Notes under the pieces: generated by a model
What the model was told of the DNA's origin: nothing
Seen by the model: the letters and a program-made list of their open reading frames with translations, nothing else
Databases searched by the model: none
Made by a program: the position numbers and the translations under genes
Part shown: piece after piece, positions 11,117 through 20,353 of the stretch
How the letters are laid out: every line of letters starts with the position of its first letter
Position numbering within the stretch: position 1 is the stretch's first letter
Assembly (NCBI GenBank): GCA_002070645.1
Contig: MWDQ01000150.1
Coordinates: 36,261 to 100,260, forward strand
Source: a candidate division TA06 bacterium ADurb.Bin131
GTDB taxonomy: Bacteria; Ratteibacteria; UBA8468; B48-G9; DTJG01
Direction of reading: 5' to 3'
Length of the DNA stretch: 64,000 bases

Positions 11117-11814
11117 GATTTTATCAATACATATATGTAAAGTTTCATGTATGGAAATGTCCTTGTTATCCTGAATTTTGATTTCCCTTTTTTTCTTCCA
11201 ACCCAGAATGTTGGCACATCACAAATCCTGTATCCGTATAAACAGAACTTCATTGCAGCTTCCATTGAAATAGCAAACCCATTTTCCTTTAAGCGAATAT
11301 CTTGAAGGATACTTCGCCTGTATGCCTTAAAAGCATTTGAAATATCCCTGGTCGGAAACCTTGCGAGATAATATAAAGAAAGACAGACAAACCTTGAAAA
11401 AAATCCCTGTAGTTTAGGCCCACCTATCTTTCCTGCACCTTTCATATATCGACATCCACATATAAGGTCATATCCTGATTTTGCTTTTTCAATCATCAGA
11501 GGTATTGTTTCTGGATCATCACATCCATCTGCCATTACAGGAAGAACAAATTCTCCACTGGCATTTTCAAACCCTGTTTTCAATGCATTTGCAAATCCTG
11601 CAGGTTTTTGATTATAAACCAGCTTTACCTCTTTATGTATACTGCATAATTTTTTTACAATTAATGAAGTATCATCAGTAGAATGGTCATCAACAACAAT
11701 AATCTCAACAAGATTTATACCCGTATATGGCAGAATATTTTCAATTGTTGAAGCAATAAGTTCTTGTTCATTTCTCGCTGGAATAACAATACTCAAAAAG
11801 GGTTGATCTTTCAT
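11098..11814 (-). CDS. GT2 glycosyltransferase, polyprenyl-phosphate sugar synthase-like
   Basis: Motifs: LSIVIPARNEQ...IIVVDDHSTDDT. The DxD-type catalytic core reads MADGCDD. Confidence 0.65.
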   Translation of the reverse strand: MKDQPFLSIVIPARNEQELIASTIENILPYTGINLVEIIVVDDHSTDDTSLIVKKLCSIHKEVKLVYNQKPAGFANALKTGFENASGEFVLPVMADGCDDPETIPLMIEKAKSGYDLICGCRYMKGAGKIGGPKLQGFFSRFVCLSLYYLARFPTRDISNAFKAYRRSILQDIRLKENGFAISMEAAMKFCLYGYRICDVPTFWVGRKKGKSKFRITRTFPYMKLYIYVLIKSWTKIL

Positions 11815-12938
11815 ACTAATTTTTTCTTCTTAAGTTCTTCCATTACAGAGATAAATCTATCTTCAGCAATCACAGAATCAGACCATTTTAATAGATTTAA
11901 CATCCCCCTTTCAAATGAAAAAGTAGGTTTAAAACCAAGAACCTTCTCTATTTTTCTCGTATCTGCATAGCAATGTCTTACATCTCCCTTTCTAAATCTA
12001 TAAGTCACAAGGGGGTGTATTTTTTTTCCTGAAAGATTAATAAGATTTTTTGCGACATCAAGGATGCTGACAGGTTTTCCTGTTCCAACATTAAAATACT
12101 GTTGGTTTGCCTTTTCATTTTCAAGGGCAAGAATATTTGCCCTTATAACATCATCAACCCATATAAAATCCCTTGTCTGAAGACCATCTTCAAATATAAC
12201 AGGTGGCTTATTATTTTTTATCCTGCTAATAAAAATTGCCGCAACGCCTGTATAAGGATTGCTCAATGATTGACGTGGGCCGTAAACATTAAAAAACCTC
12301 AGAGAAACAACTGGAATCCCATAGAGTTTCCCGATAAGTAAACACATTTCTTCTTGTTCTTTTTTTGTAATTGCGTAGATAGAATTAGAATCAAGTAAAG
12401 ATCCTTCGTCTGTTGGTATTGAATCTGCAATATCCCCGCATAAAGGACATTTTATTTCCCAGTACTCTTTTTCTTTTACTCCTGTGCCTTCAGGAATGTT
12501 TCTCAATGCAGGCTTGAAAATCCCGCACTTTTTACATCTTGCTTTACCCTCGCCGTAACTACTCATTGAAGCAGCAACAATCAATTTCTTAATGTGATGA
12601 CGACTATTAACAAGAATATCAAGAAGATTTGCAGTACCACAAATATTTACATCAACATATTTTGAAATCTGATACTGAGACTGCCCTACCCCAACTGCAG
12701 ATGCAAAATGAAATATAAAATCAGCATTGCATACTACTTCCTTTAGTTTTGAATAATCCCTTACATCTCCTTTAACAAAATCAACATTCCTGTTAAGATA
12801 TTCTGGAATATTTCCCTCAGGATGAACCTGTTGATCAAGATTATCAAATACAACAACACCATAGCCATTTTCAAGAAGCGCATCACAGAGATGACTCCCA
12901 ATAAATCCGGCTCCACCAGTGATAAGAACCTTTTTCAT
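11811..12938 (-). CDS. NAD-dependent sugar-nucleotide epimerase/dehydratase (extended SDR) with an inserted Cys4 zinc ribbon
   Basis: It has the Rossmann motif ITGGAGFIGSH, and the SDR fold resumes after the insert. A ~50-aa insert carries CKKCG...x24...CPLCG. Confidence 0.6.
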   Translation of the reverse strand: MKKVLITGGAGFIGSHLCDALLENGYGVVVFDNLDQQVHPEGNIPEYLNRNVDFVKGDVRDYSKLKEVVCNADFIFHFASAVGVGQSQYQISKYVDVNICGTANLLDILVNSRHHIKKLIVAASMSSYGEGKARCKKCGIFKPALRNIPEGTGVKEKEYWEIKCPLCGDIADSIPTDEGSLLDSNSIYAITKKEQEEMCLLIGKLYGIPVVSLRFFNVYGPRQSLSNPYTGVAAIFISRIKNNKPPVIFEDGLQTRDFIWVDDVIRANILALENEKANQQYFNVGTGKPVSILDVAKNLINLSGKKIHPLVTYRFRKGDVRHCYADTRKIEKVLGFKPTFSFERGMLNLLKWSDSVIAEDRFISVMEELKKKKLV

Positions 12939-13873
12939 TTTTTAACCTTAATGTAATAATCCAATGTCTTTTTTAGCCCTTCTTCAAGTTTTATAGTTGG
13001 AAACCAACCAAGAATTTTTTTTGCCAGTGTAATGTCGGGTTTTCTCTGTTTCGGGTCATCAGGAAGACCATCGAGAAACTTAATAGAAATATCAGCCCCA
13101 GAAAGTTTTTTCATTTTTTCAGCAAGTTCAATAATTGTAAATTCTTCGGGATTTCCAAGATTTACAGGTAGATGATAATCTGTTTCTATCAAAAGCAAAA
13201 AAGCAGAAATCAAATCATCCACATAACAAAAACTTCTTGTTTGTTTCCCATCGCCATATATTGTAAGTGGCTTGCTTGAAAGAATCTGTGAAATAAAATT
13301 TGGAATAACCCTGCCATCATTCAGACGCATCCGCGGCCCATATGTATTAAAAATCCTCGGAAGGTATGTTTTTAATCCATATTGTCTATGATAAGCCATA
13401 ACAAGCGCTTCTCCGTATCTTTTCCCTTCATCATAGACTGATCTTGGACCAACAGGGTTTACATTTCCCCAGTAGGTTTCTTTTTGAGGATGTACAAGGG
13501 GATCTCCATAAACCTCTGATGTTGATGTAAAAAGAAATCGAGCCCCTGCTTTTTTCGCAAGAGATAAACATCTATCTGTCCCGATTGAATTAACCCTGAG
13601 AGTTTCAAGTGGAAATTTCATATAGTCAGGAGGAGATGCTGGACTTGCAAGATGAAAGATTATATCTGGTTTTATAGAAATATTCTCAATATTAAATGAA
13701 ATGATATCTTCCTGTATAAACTTAAACCTAATATTTCCCGAAAGGTGTTTTACATTCTCAAAAGAACCTGTTATCAGATTATCAATGCAATATACATAAT
13801 CTCCGTTTTTCAATAATCTTTCACACAGATGACTACCAAGAAACCCTGCACCACCTGTAACAATAGCATTCAT
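12935..13873 (-). CDS. uxs: UDP-glucuronate decarboxylase (UDP-xylose synthase)
   Basis: The 312-aa protein has VTGGAGFLGSHL and the UXS-typical strings YGDPLVHPQKETYWGNVNPVGPRSVYDEGKR and FNTYGPRMRLNDGRVIPNFI. Confidence 0.8.
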   Translation of the reverse strand: MNAIVTGGAGFLGSHLCERLLKNGDYVYCIDNLITGSFENVKHLSGNIRFKFIQEDIISFNIENISIKPDIIFHLASPASPPDYMKFPLETLRVNSIGTDRCLSLAKKAGARFLFTSTSEVYGDPLVHPQKETYWGNVNPVGPRSVYDEGKRYGEALVMAYHRQYGLKTYLPRIFNTYGPRMRLNDGRVIPNFISQILSSKPLTIYGDGKQTRSFCYVDDLISAFLLLIETDYHLPVNLGNPEEFTIIELAEKMKKLSGADISIKFLDGLPDDPKQRKPDITLAKKILGWFPTIKLEEGLKKTLDYYIKVKK

Positions 13874-15192
13874 ACCTTTCTCCCGATTCCTGAATAGATA
13901 AATCCAAGTTTTTTTAAATGCTTCACATCAAGAAAATTTCTACAATCAATAATAAATGGGCTTTTCATCAATTTCTTTATTCTCTCAAAATTCAGTTCAG
14001 CAAACTGGGACCATTCCGTTAACAACATTAATAAATCACATGAATCAACTGCATCATAAGGATTGTTATAAACATCAACATCAGGTACCTCTATAACAAG
14101 ATTTTTAAGAGCCATCGGATCATAACATCTAACCTTTGCTCCCCTTGATATAAGTTTTTTTATTATCTCAACCGCCGGACTTTCTCTTAAGTCGTCTGTA
14201 TCTGGCTTAAACGCTGCTCCGAAAGCGCAAATTTTTTTGCCTGCAAGTCTTCCACCAAGAAGAGAAACAGCTTTTTTTATTGCTATTTCTCTCTGTTGTT
14301 TATTTATTTTTTCTACCTCTCTTAAAAGATTAAAAGAAATGCCAAGTTTTTTTGCAAGATAAATAAAAGCCCTGACATCTTTTGGAAAGCATGATCCACC
14401 ATAACCGATACCTGCATTAAGAAATGCCCTTCCAATTCTTTTGTCGTAACCCATTCCATCTGCCACATTATCAACATCTGCGTCACATCTCTCACATATT
14501 CGTGCAATAATATTAATATAGGAGATTTTCAAGGCAAGAAAAGAATTTGAGGCATGTTTTATTAATTCTGCACTTTTTATGTCAGTAAATAGCATAGGTG
14601 CATCTAATGGTTTATAAATCTCCTCAAATATTTTCTTTGCCCTCTGGTTTTCCACGCCAACAACAATCCTGTCGGGCTTCATAAAATCATTTACTGCACT
14701 TCCCTCTCTTAAAAATTCCGGATTTGCCGCCACATCAAAATCAAGGCCAACTGGCAGCATAATTTGCAGTGTTTTTTTAACCCATTCTCCTGTAAAAACA
14801 GGAACTGTGCTTTTCTCTACAATAATCTTGTAAATGCCAGATGGGTTCTTCAAACAGGTAAGAGCATCTGCTATCTCTGCTGTAACCTTCTCAATTGCCG
14901 ATAAATCAGCCCTACCACAATCTGATGAAGGAGTTCCGACTGCAATGAAAATAATTTCTGATTCGAGGGTTAACCTTTTAATAGAAGAGGTGAAAACAAG
15001 TTTTCCTTTCTCTGTTTCGCTTCGAACAAGATCATCAAGATTCGGTTCATAGAAAGGAATCTTATTTTTTTTCAGACACCTTATTTTCGATATATCATTG
15101 TCAGCACATAAAACATAATGGCCCATATTTGCAAAACACGCTGCTGTAACAAGGCCAACATGCCCAGCACCGATTATACCAATTTTTCTCAT
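13870..15192 (-). CDS. ugd: UDP-glucose 6-dehydrogenase
   Basis: The 440-aa protein has the NAD-binding N-terminus IGIIGAGHVGLVTAACFA, the catalytic Cys region GGSCFPKD and a UDP-binding C-terminal domain. Confidence 0.85.
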   Translation of the reverse strand: MRKIGIIGAGHVGLVTAACFANMGHYVLCADNDISKIRCLKKNKIPFYEPNLDDLVRSETEKGKLVFTSSIKRLTLESEIIFIAVGTPSSDCGRADLSAIEKVTAEIADALTCLKNPSGIYKIIVEKSTVPVFTGEWVKKTLQIMLPVGLDFDVAANPEFLREGSAVNDFMKPDRIVVGVENQRAKKIFEEIYKPLDAPMLFTDIKSAELIKHASNSFLALKISYINIIARICERCDADVDNVADGMGYDKRIGRAFLNAGIGYGGSCFPKDVRAFIYLAKKLGISFNLLREVEKINKQQREIAIKKAVSLLGGRLAGKKICAFGAAFKPDTDDLRESPAVEIIKKLISRGAKVRCYDPMALKNLVIEVPDVDVYNNPYDAVDSCDLLMLLTEWSQFAELNFERIKKLMKSPFIIDCRNFLDVKHLKKLGFIYSGIGRKV

Positions 15193-16223
15193 TTCTTCCC
15201 CTGGGAAAAAAATCCTGGATTTTCTCTTACCCAGTTTATCAAATATTCAACACCCTTAAAACCAGAAATCTCTGGTTCCCAGCCAGTTGCCTTTTTAATA
15301 GAAGCATTATCACTTATAAAAACCTTTTGATCACCAGGTCTCCATCTATCAAAACTGTATTTTATCTTTTCCCCGGTTATCCTCTCTATAATTTCTATGA
15401 TTTCAAGAAGGGAAAAAGAGTTTTGTTTCCCCCCACCAATATTAAAAATACTACCCGAACACACCTCTGCCTTTTCAAAAAGTGTTTTATACGCCCTGAT
15501 AAGATCATAAACGCAAAGAATATCTCTTACCTGTTTGCCATCTCCATAGATGGTAATTCCCCTACCTGAAAGGGCACAGATTACAAAATGTGCAATCCAG
15601 CCCTGGTCAACATTTCCATGCTGAAATGGTCCATATATACATGACTGCCTGAGGACAACTGTTTTCATATTATAAATTCGCGAATAATCTCTTGTATATT
15701 GATCTCCTGAACCTTTTGAACATCCATATGGAGAATGAAAATCCAGTTGCTGTTCTTCACTGATACCGTTTTCTTTATCTATAAAAGCATATCTGGTCTT
15801 AAGTTTTCTTATCCTTAAATTAGAAAGATCACCATAAACCTTGTTCGTTGAGGCATATAAAAAGAATGCATCCCTGGCCTTTTTTCGACATGCCTCAAGA
15901 AGGTATAATGTTCCTGAGGCATTTGTTTCAAAGTCATTGATTGGGTCATCAACAGAACTTGTAACAGCAACCTGTGCAGCAAGATGAAAAACGCAATCAG
16001 CGCCAGAAACAACCTGTTTCAGAAGATTAAAATCTCTTATATCTCCCTGAATAAACTGAAAATTCTTAAATCCCTGACCAAGAAGGAATCTAATATTACT
16101 CTTGACACCCTTCCTCGAAAGATTGTCATAAACAACAATAACATTATCAGGATTTCCTAAAAGATCCAGTGCAAGATTCGTCCCGATAAAACCAGCACCG
16201 CCCGTAATAATTATTTTTCTCAT
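15189..16223 (-). CDS. CDP-paratose/tyvelose 2-epimerase-like SDR epimerase
   Basis: It shares diagnostic strings with RfbE-type CDP-tyvelose 2-epimerases: ITGGAGFIG, FDNLSRKG, NKVYGD, LDFHSPYGCSKG and DQGW. Confidence 0.6.
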   Translation of the reverse strand: MRKIIITGGAGFIGTNLALDLLGNPDNVIVVYDNLSRKGVKSNIRFLLGQGFKNFQFIQGDIRDFNLLKQVVSGADCVFHLAAQVAVTSSVDDPINDFETNASGTLYLLEACRKKARDAFFLYASTNKVYGDLSNLRIRKLKTRYAFIDKENGISEEQQLDFHSPYGCSKGSGDQYTRDYSRIYNMKTVVLRQSCIYGPFQHGNVDQGWIAHFVICALSGRGITIYGDGKQVRDILCVYDLIRAYKTLFEKAEVCSGSIFNIGGGKQNSFSLLEIIEIIERITGEKIKYSFDRWRPGDQKVFISDNASIKKATGWEPEISGFKGVEYLINWVRENPGFFSQGKK

Positions 16224-16317
16224 TTCATTATTTTATCATTACTGCTAAAAAAAATCAGGCGAAACCTGCTGGTAAGGAATTAAAACCAGATAATATGAAA
16301 TTCTTAAGTTAATAAGT

Positions 16318-17172
16318 TCATATTTTCTTCTGGCAAACTGCAACCATTGAATTCCTTCCGCAGAATATCTTCAAAAATGCCTGTAAAAAAAACAATAACA
16401 TATAAACAGGGCTCTTTTTAAGAAAAAAACCAGGGATATCATCAAGGGTAAATATACAAACAACATTAAACCCATTCATAAAACAGAATTTTTGAAGTGA
16501 TGTCTCTTCAAAATGAAATATTTGTGCGGGTATATGAAGAAGAACCCTTGATTTCCTCGTAAACTTAAAAAGACGCGCAATATAAAAAAGTCGGGAGGGA
16601 TGTTTTGGCGTTTTGATTATAACAAGTCCATCATCCCTTATAACCCTTTTTATCTCTTTCAGATAGTCCACAGGATTTTCAATATGAGCAATGACATCAA
16701 AAAGCACAACAACATCAAAATATCCTGAAGGTAATGATAATTCTGAAAGATGTCCCTGAATAACATTAAATTTTTTTTGTCTGCAATATGCCAGAGCAGC
16801 AGGAGAAATATCCACACCTACTGCTTTCCAGTGGTTTTGCTTCGCAATATCAAGGAATATCCCAGCGCCACACCCAACATCAAGATAATTACCCTCTGGT
16901 AGTTTAGTATATTTTCTCTCTATTTTTTTCAAAATCTTTTTTAGATATCTTTTCCTTTTTTGGGCAGACCTGATATACCACCTGTAGAAATAGTTTTTAT
17001 CATAAAGAAAAGTGTTATTTCTGCTTTCAGAAAAAACAACCCCACATCTTTTACATCTGAAAGCATAATAACCTGCCTCGTTCCATGTACTACGGGAATC
17101 ACCCCCACATAACGGACAGATTAAAATCTGTACCTTATTAGTGTCCATATGGCAATGACTCCATCCTTCCAT
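16318..17172 (-). CDS. class I SAM-dependent methyltransferase with an N-terminal zinc ribbon
   Basis: The N-terminus carries CPLCGG...x14...CKRCG, followed by SAM motif I (LDVGCGAGIF). The true start may be the internal MDTNKV. Confidence 0.6.
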   Translation of the reverse strand: MEGWSHCHMDTNKVQILICPLCGGDSRSTWNEAGYYAFRCKRCGVVFSESRNNTFLYDKNYFYRWYIRSAQKRKRYLKKILKKIERKYTKLPEGNYLDVGCGAGIFLDIAKQNHWKAVGVDISPAALAYCRQKKFNVIQGHLSELSLPSGYFDVVVLFDVIAHIENPVDYLKEIKRVIRDDGLVIIKTPKHPSRLFYIARLFKFTRKSRVLLHIPAQIFHFEETSLQKFCFMNGFNVVCIFTLDDIPGFFLKKSPVYMLLFFLQAFLKIFCGRNSMVAVCQKKI

Positions 17173-17801
17173 CTGATTTTTTTCCCCTCTCTTATTTTAC
17201 GAGGAGTATATCTTATTGGAACCTCGTATATCCTGATTTTCTTTTTTGCAATCTTCGCTGTTACTTCAGGACAAAACTCAAATCCTTTACAGTTAAGTTT
17301 GATACCTTTTAAGATATCACTCTTAAACATCTTATAACATGTGGGTTCATCAGTGATTGATGTTCCATAAAGAAGGTTTGTAAAAAAGGAAAGAATCCTT
17401 CCCCCAACATAAAATGAAAAAGAAGATGTTTGATTCTTCCCAAGTATTCTCGAGCCATAAACAACATCAGCCCTGCCCTGCTCTATTGGCTCTATCATCC
17501 TGAGATAATCCATTGGTTCATATTCAAGGTCTGCGTCCTGTATCACAACAACATCACCTGTAATCTCGTTTATTGCCCTTCGAATGGCATATCCTTTTCC
17601 AATATTCTTCGGTTGAAAAATAACCTTAATCAATGGGAATTTTTGCTGGGAAATCTTTTTGAGTATTTGACTTGTTCCATCTGTACTGCCATCATCAACA
17701 ATAATAATTTCTTTATTAATAGGAACTGTAAGAAGTTTTTGAATAATGACCTCAATGGTATTTTTTTCATTATAAACAGGAACGATCACAGAAAGTTTCA
17801 T
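17121..17801 (-). CDS. GT2 glycosyltransferase (short Dpm1-like form); paralog of the ORF at 25005
   Basis: Motifs: LSVIVPVYNEKNTI...IIIVDDGSTDGT...QDADLE. Confidence 0.7.
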   Translation of the reverse strand: MKLSVIVPVYNEKNTIEVIIQKLLTVPINKEIIIVDDGSTDGTSQILKKISQQKFPLIKVIFQPKNIGKGYAIRRAINEITGDVVVIQDADLEYEPMDYLRMIEPIEQGRADVVYGSRILGKNQTSSFSFYVGGRILSFFTNLLYGTSITDEPTCYKMFKSDILKGIKLNCKGFEFCPEVTAKIAKKKIRIYEVPIRYTPRKIREGKKIRWKDGVIAIWTLIRYRF

Positions 17802-18988
17802 TTATTTACAATCCCCTTTACATGCTCAAGAAACCAGAAAAACCCCTGACATGCAAACAGAATTACAAATGGTTCAATCGCAATCCTATAGCGTACAGAA
17901 GCAAGAAAAATCATATGAAAAATTGTAAAAAAAACAATTATACCTATAAGAAATGCCTTTTTCAGATCTAACGGCGGAATAAATAATCCAATGACAAAAA
18001 ATGGAAGCAGCAGTCCAAAACTCAATACGCTGACAAGACGATAAAAAAAACTGCTATAGTCGGATGCATTCAGTACAACATTCCAAAATCTGACAAACTT
18101 CTTCCCGAGGAGTTTTATAAATCTTACAGGATCTTGTTTTATATAGTCAATGGTAATCTTATAAAAAACACTGTCCCTTTTTGATTCATCAATCTGCCAG
18201 ACACCATCAGGAAAGTACCTGCAAGGACCACCTTCAGAATATGGATTATTTCCTTCCCAGAAAACAGCCCCTCCCATTGTTGTTCCCGGAATAAATTTGC
18301 CGAGGACAACAAAATTCCTTATAACCCAGGGAGATAGAATAAGAATAAAACCAAGCCCAGCAAAGAAAATTTTCAACAATCTTTTTTTGTAAGAACCTTC
18401 ACTAAAAAGAATGAAAACAAGAGCAAATGGGAAAAATGCTTCCATCGTTGGTCTGCATAAACCAGCGATACCTGTTATAAAACCTGGAATAGTTCCATAT
18501 AAAGGTGATGTGTCTGATTCAAAAACCCTAATGAACATAAGAATGGCAGATACCATAAGAAATATAAACAATGTTTCAGTAAGTAAAAACCCAGTATAAA
18601 AAATAAAAAATGGATAAACAGAGGAAATACAACCAGCAAGAATAGCAACCCTCTCAGAAAATACTTTTCTTCCGAGTAGATATATTAAAACACTTGTTAC
18701 TGCAGAAATTAACGCCTGAACAATCCTTATGCCCACAATACCAGAACCAAGTTTAACAAGTATCGCAATAAACAAAGGATAAACAGGAGGTCTATATGCT
18801 TTTAATGTTTCAGATACCATTAGACCTTTTCCAGAAAGAAAATTATTTACCATCTTCCAGTATTCCTGCTCATCATCAAAATAAAAATGTGGACCAAGTA
18901 AAAGAATAAATACAATTCTGACTAAAAATCCTACCAGAAATATCAAAAACAAAATATGACTTATTTTATACGAAGTTTTTTCAGCCAT
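17798..18988 (-). CDS. GT-C glycosyltransferase, PMT_2 / ArnT-like (GT39/GT83 family)
   Basis: The 396-aa polytopic membrane protein has a loop-1 DE motif (YFDDEQEY) and the PMT_2-like core (RPPVYPLFIAILVKLG...VYPFFIFYTGFLLTE). Confidence 0.65.
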   Translation of the reverse strand: MAEKTSYKISHILFLIFLVGFLVRIVFILLLGPHFYFDDEQEYWKMVNNFLSGKGLMVSETLKAYRPPVYPLFIAILVKLGSGIVGIRIVQALISAVTSVLIYLLGRKVFSERVAILAGCISSVYPFFIFYTGFLLTETLFIFLMVSAILMFIRVFESDTSPLYGTIPGFITGIAGLCRPTMEAFFPFALVFILFSEGSYKKRLLKIFFAGLGFILILSPWVIRNFVVLGKFIPGTTMGGAVFWEGNNPYSEGGPCRYFPDGVWQIDESKRDSVFYKITIDYIKQDPVRFIKLLGKKFVRFWNVVLNASDYSSFFYRLVSVLSFGLLLPFFVIGLFIPPLDLKKAFLIGIIVFFTIFHMIFLASVRYRIAIEPFVILFACQGFFWFLEHVKGIVNK

Positions 18989-19638
18989 ATTTTTAACCTG
19001 AATGTAAAAAGTGAATTATGTCCATATATACCAATCCTCGGAAGTGAATAAGAATCAAAACTACCCTTCCAGTTTGTAATAACCGCACCAGCGTACCCAG
19101 CATTTTTAACTGTTTGCCTGATTTTTTCGTTTTGACGACCATAAGGGTAGCAAAAAAAATCAATCCTCTGTCCAATGTTTTTTTCAATATATTTCTTTGA
19201 TTCAAATATTTCACTCCACACCTGTTTTCTTGGAAGTTTGGTAAGATCTGGATGTGTTAATGTATGAGAACCAAAGATAACGCCTGATTTTAACATCTCC
19301 TGAATCTCTTTCCATTTAAGGTATCTATCCTTTTCTTTGTCTTTATATCTTTCATGAATTTTCTCTGTTCCAATACTATGGGCAATAAGAAAAATTATTG
19401 GTTTTATCCCATATTTTTTCATAATTGGAAAAGCAATGAAAAAGTTATCTGCAAATCCATCATCAAATGTAACACAAAAAGTTCTTCTATGCGCATTGTT
19501 TTTGATATACTCATATAAAGAAACTGGCTCGTACTTTTCTTTCAATAAAAATCTTATCTGAGATTCAAACATTTCAGGAGAAACGCTTAATGCATCATCA
19601 GGATACCATTTGTTTATTCTATGATATGCAAGAATCAT
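18961..19638 (-). CDS. polysaccharide deacetylase (CE4, NodB homology; ArnD-like)
   Basis: It has the CE4 motifs TFDDG, HSIGTE...H and SHTLTHPDL. Confidence 0.7.
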   Translation of the reverse strand: MILAYHRINKWYPDDALSVSPEMFESQIRFLLKEKYEPVSLYEYIKNNAHRRTFCVTFDDGFADNFFIAFPIMKKYGIKPIIFLIAHSIGTEKIHERYKDKEKDRYLKWKEIQEMLKSGVIFGSHTLTHPDLTKLPRKQVWSEIFESKKYIEKNIGQRIDFFCYPYGRQNEKIRQTVKNAGYAGAVITNWKGSFDSYSLPRIGIYGHNSLFTFRLKIWLKKLRIK

Positions 19639-20353
19639 TTTTGAAGTTTATCCTCTTAAACCTGTATTGTATAATAAGAAATATCATTTTCATACCGAGA
19701 ACAAGTGATTTCCTGAAACTACCTGTTACAGAAGATTTTCCTACCCTCGGTTTATAGTTTACGGGAATCTCGATAAATCTAACATTTGCCTTTGCAACAA
19801 GAAGGGTTAATTCAGGTCCAAAATGTTGTGTTCCTACAGAAAAATGCGGCTTGAGTTTTTCATACAAAGGTCTTTTTATCAATCTCATTGTACAACCAAC
19901 ATCAGTAAGTGTTGTTGTATTGTATAAAAACTCGAGAAGTTTGGCTACAGCCCAATTTCCCCATTTTAAGAAAGCACCCATATTTGCATCTTTCCATATT
20001 AATTCTCTTGTTGTCCTTGTTCCAATAACATAATCAAAATCATCAGAATAGGCGAGCAATTTTATAACATCCCTTCCTGAAAATGTACCATCTGGTTCAG
20101 ATATAATAAAAAGTTCTCCTTTTGCCTCTTCTAATCCCTTCCATATCGCATATCCATAGCCCTGTTTTTTTTCATAGACAAGTTTTGCATTTGTTTTCTT
20201 TACCTCTTCGTCTGTCCCCTTTGCCGCATTATTATTAACAACAATAATCTCGTCAACAAATCCTGATGCAAAAAAATCTTCTATTGCATCTCTGATAGAA
20301 TCTTTCTCGTTATAGGTTGGGAAAATCACACTTACTTTTTTATTCTTCCACAT
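19619..20353 (-). CDS. GT2 glycosyltransferase, Dpm1/Ppm1-like polyprenyl-phosphate sugar synthase
   Basis: Motifs: VSVIFPTYNEKDSI...EIIVVNNN...EPDG (acidic catalytic motif). Confidence 0.65.
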   Translation of the reverse strand: MWKNKKVSVIFPTYNEKDSIRDAIEDFFASGFVDEIIVVNNNAAKGTDEEVKKTNAKLVYEKKQGYGYAIWKGLEEAKGELFIISEPDGTFSGRDVIKLLAYSDDFDYVIGTRTTRELIWKDANMGAFLKWGNWAVAKLLEFLYNTTTLTDVGCTMRLIKRPLYEKLKPHFSVGTQHFGPELTLLVAKANVRFIEIPVNYKPRVGKSSVTGSFRKSLVLGMKMIFLIIQYRFKRINFKNDSCIS

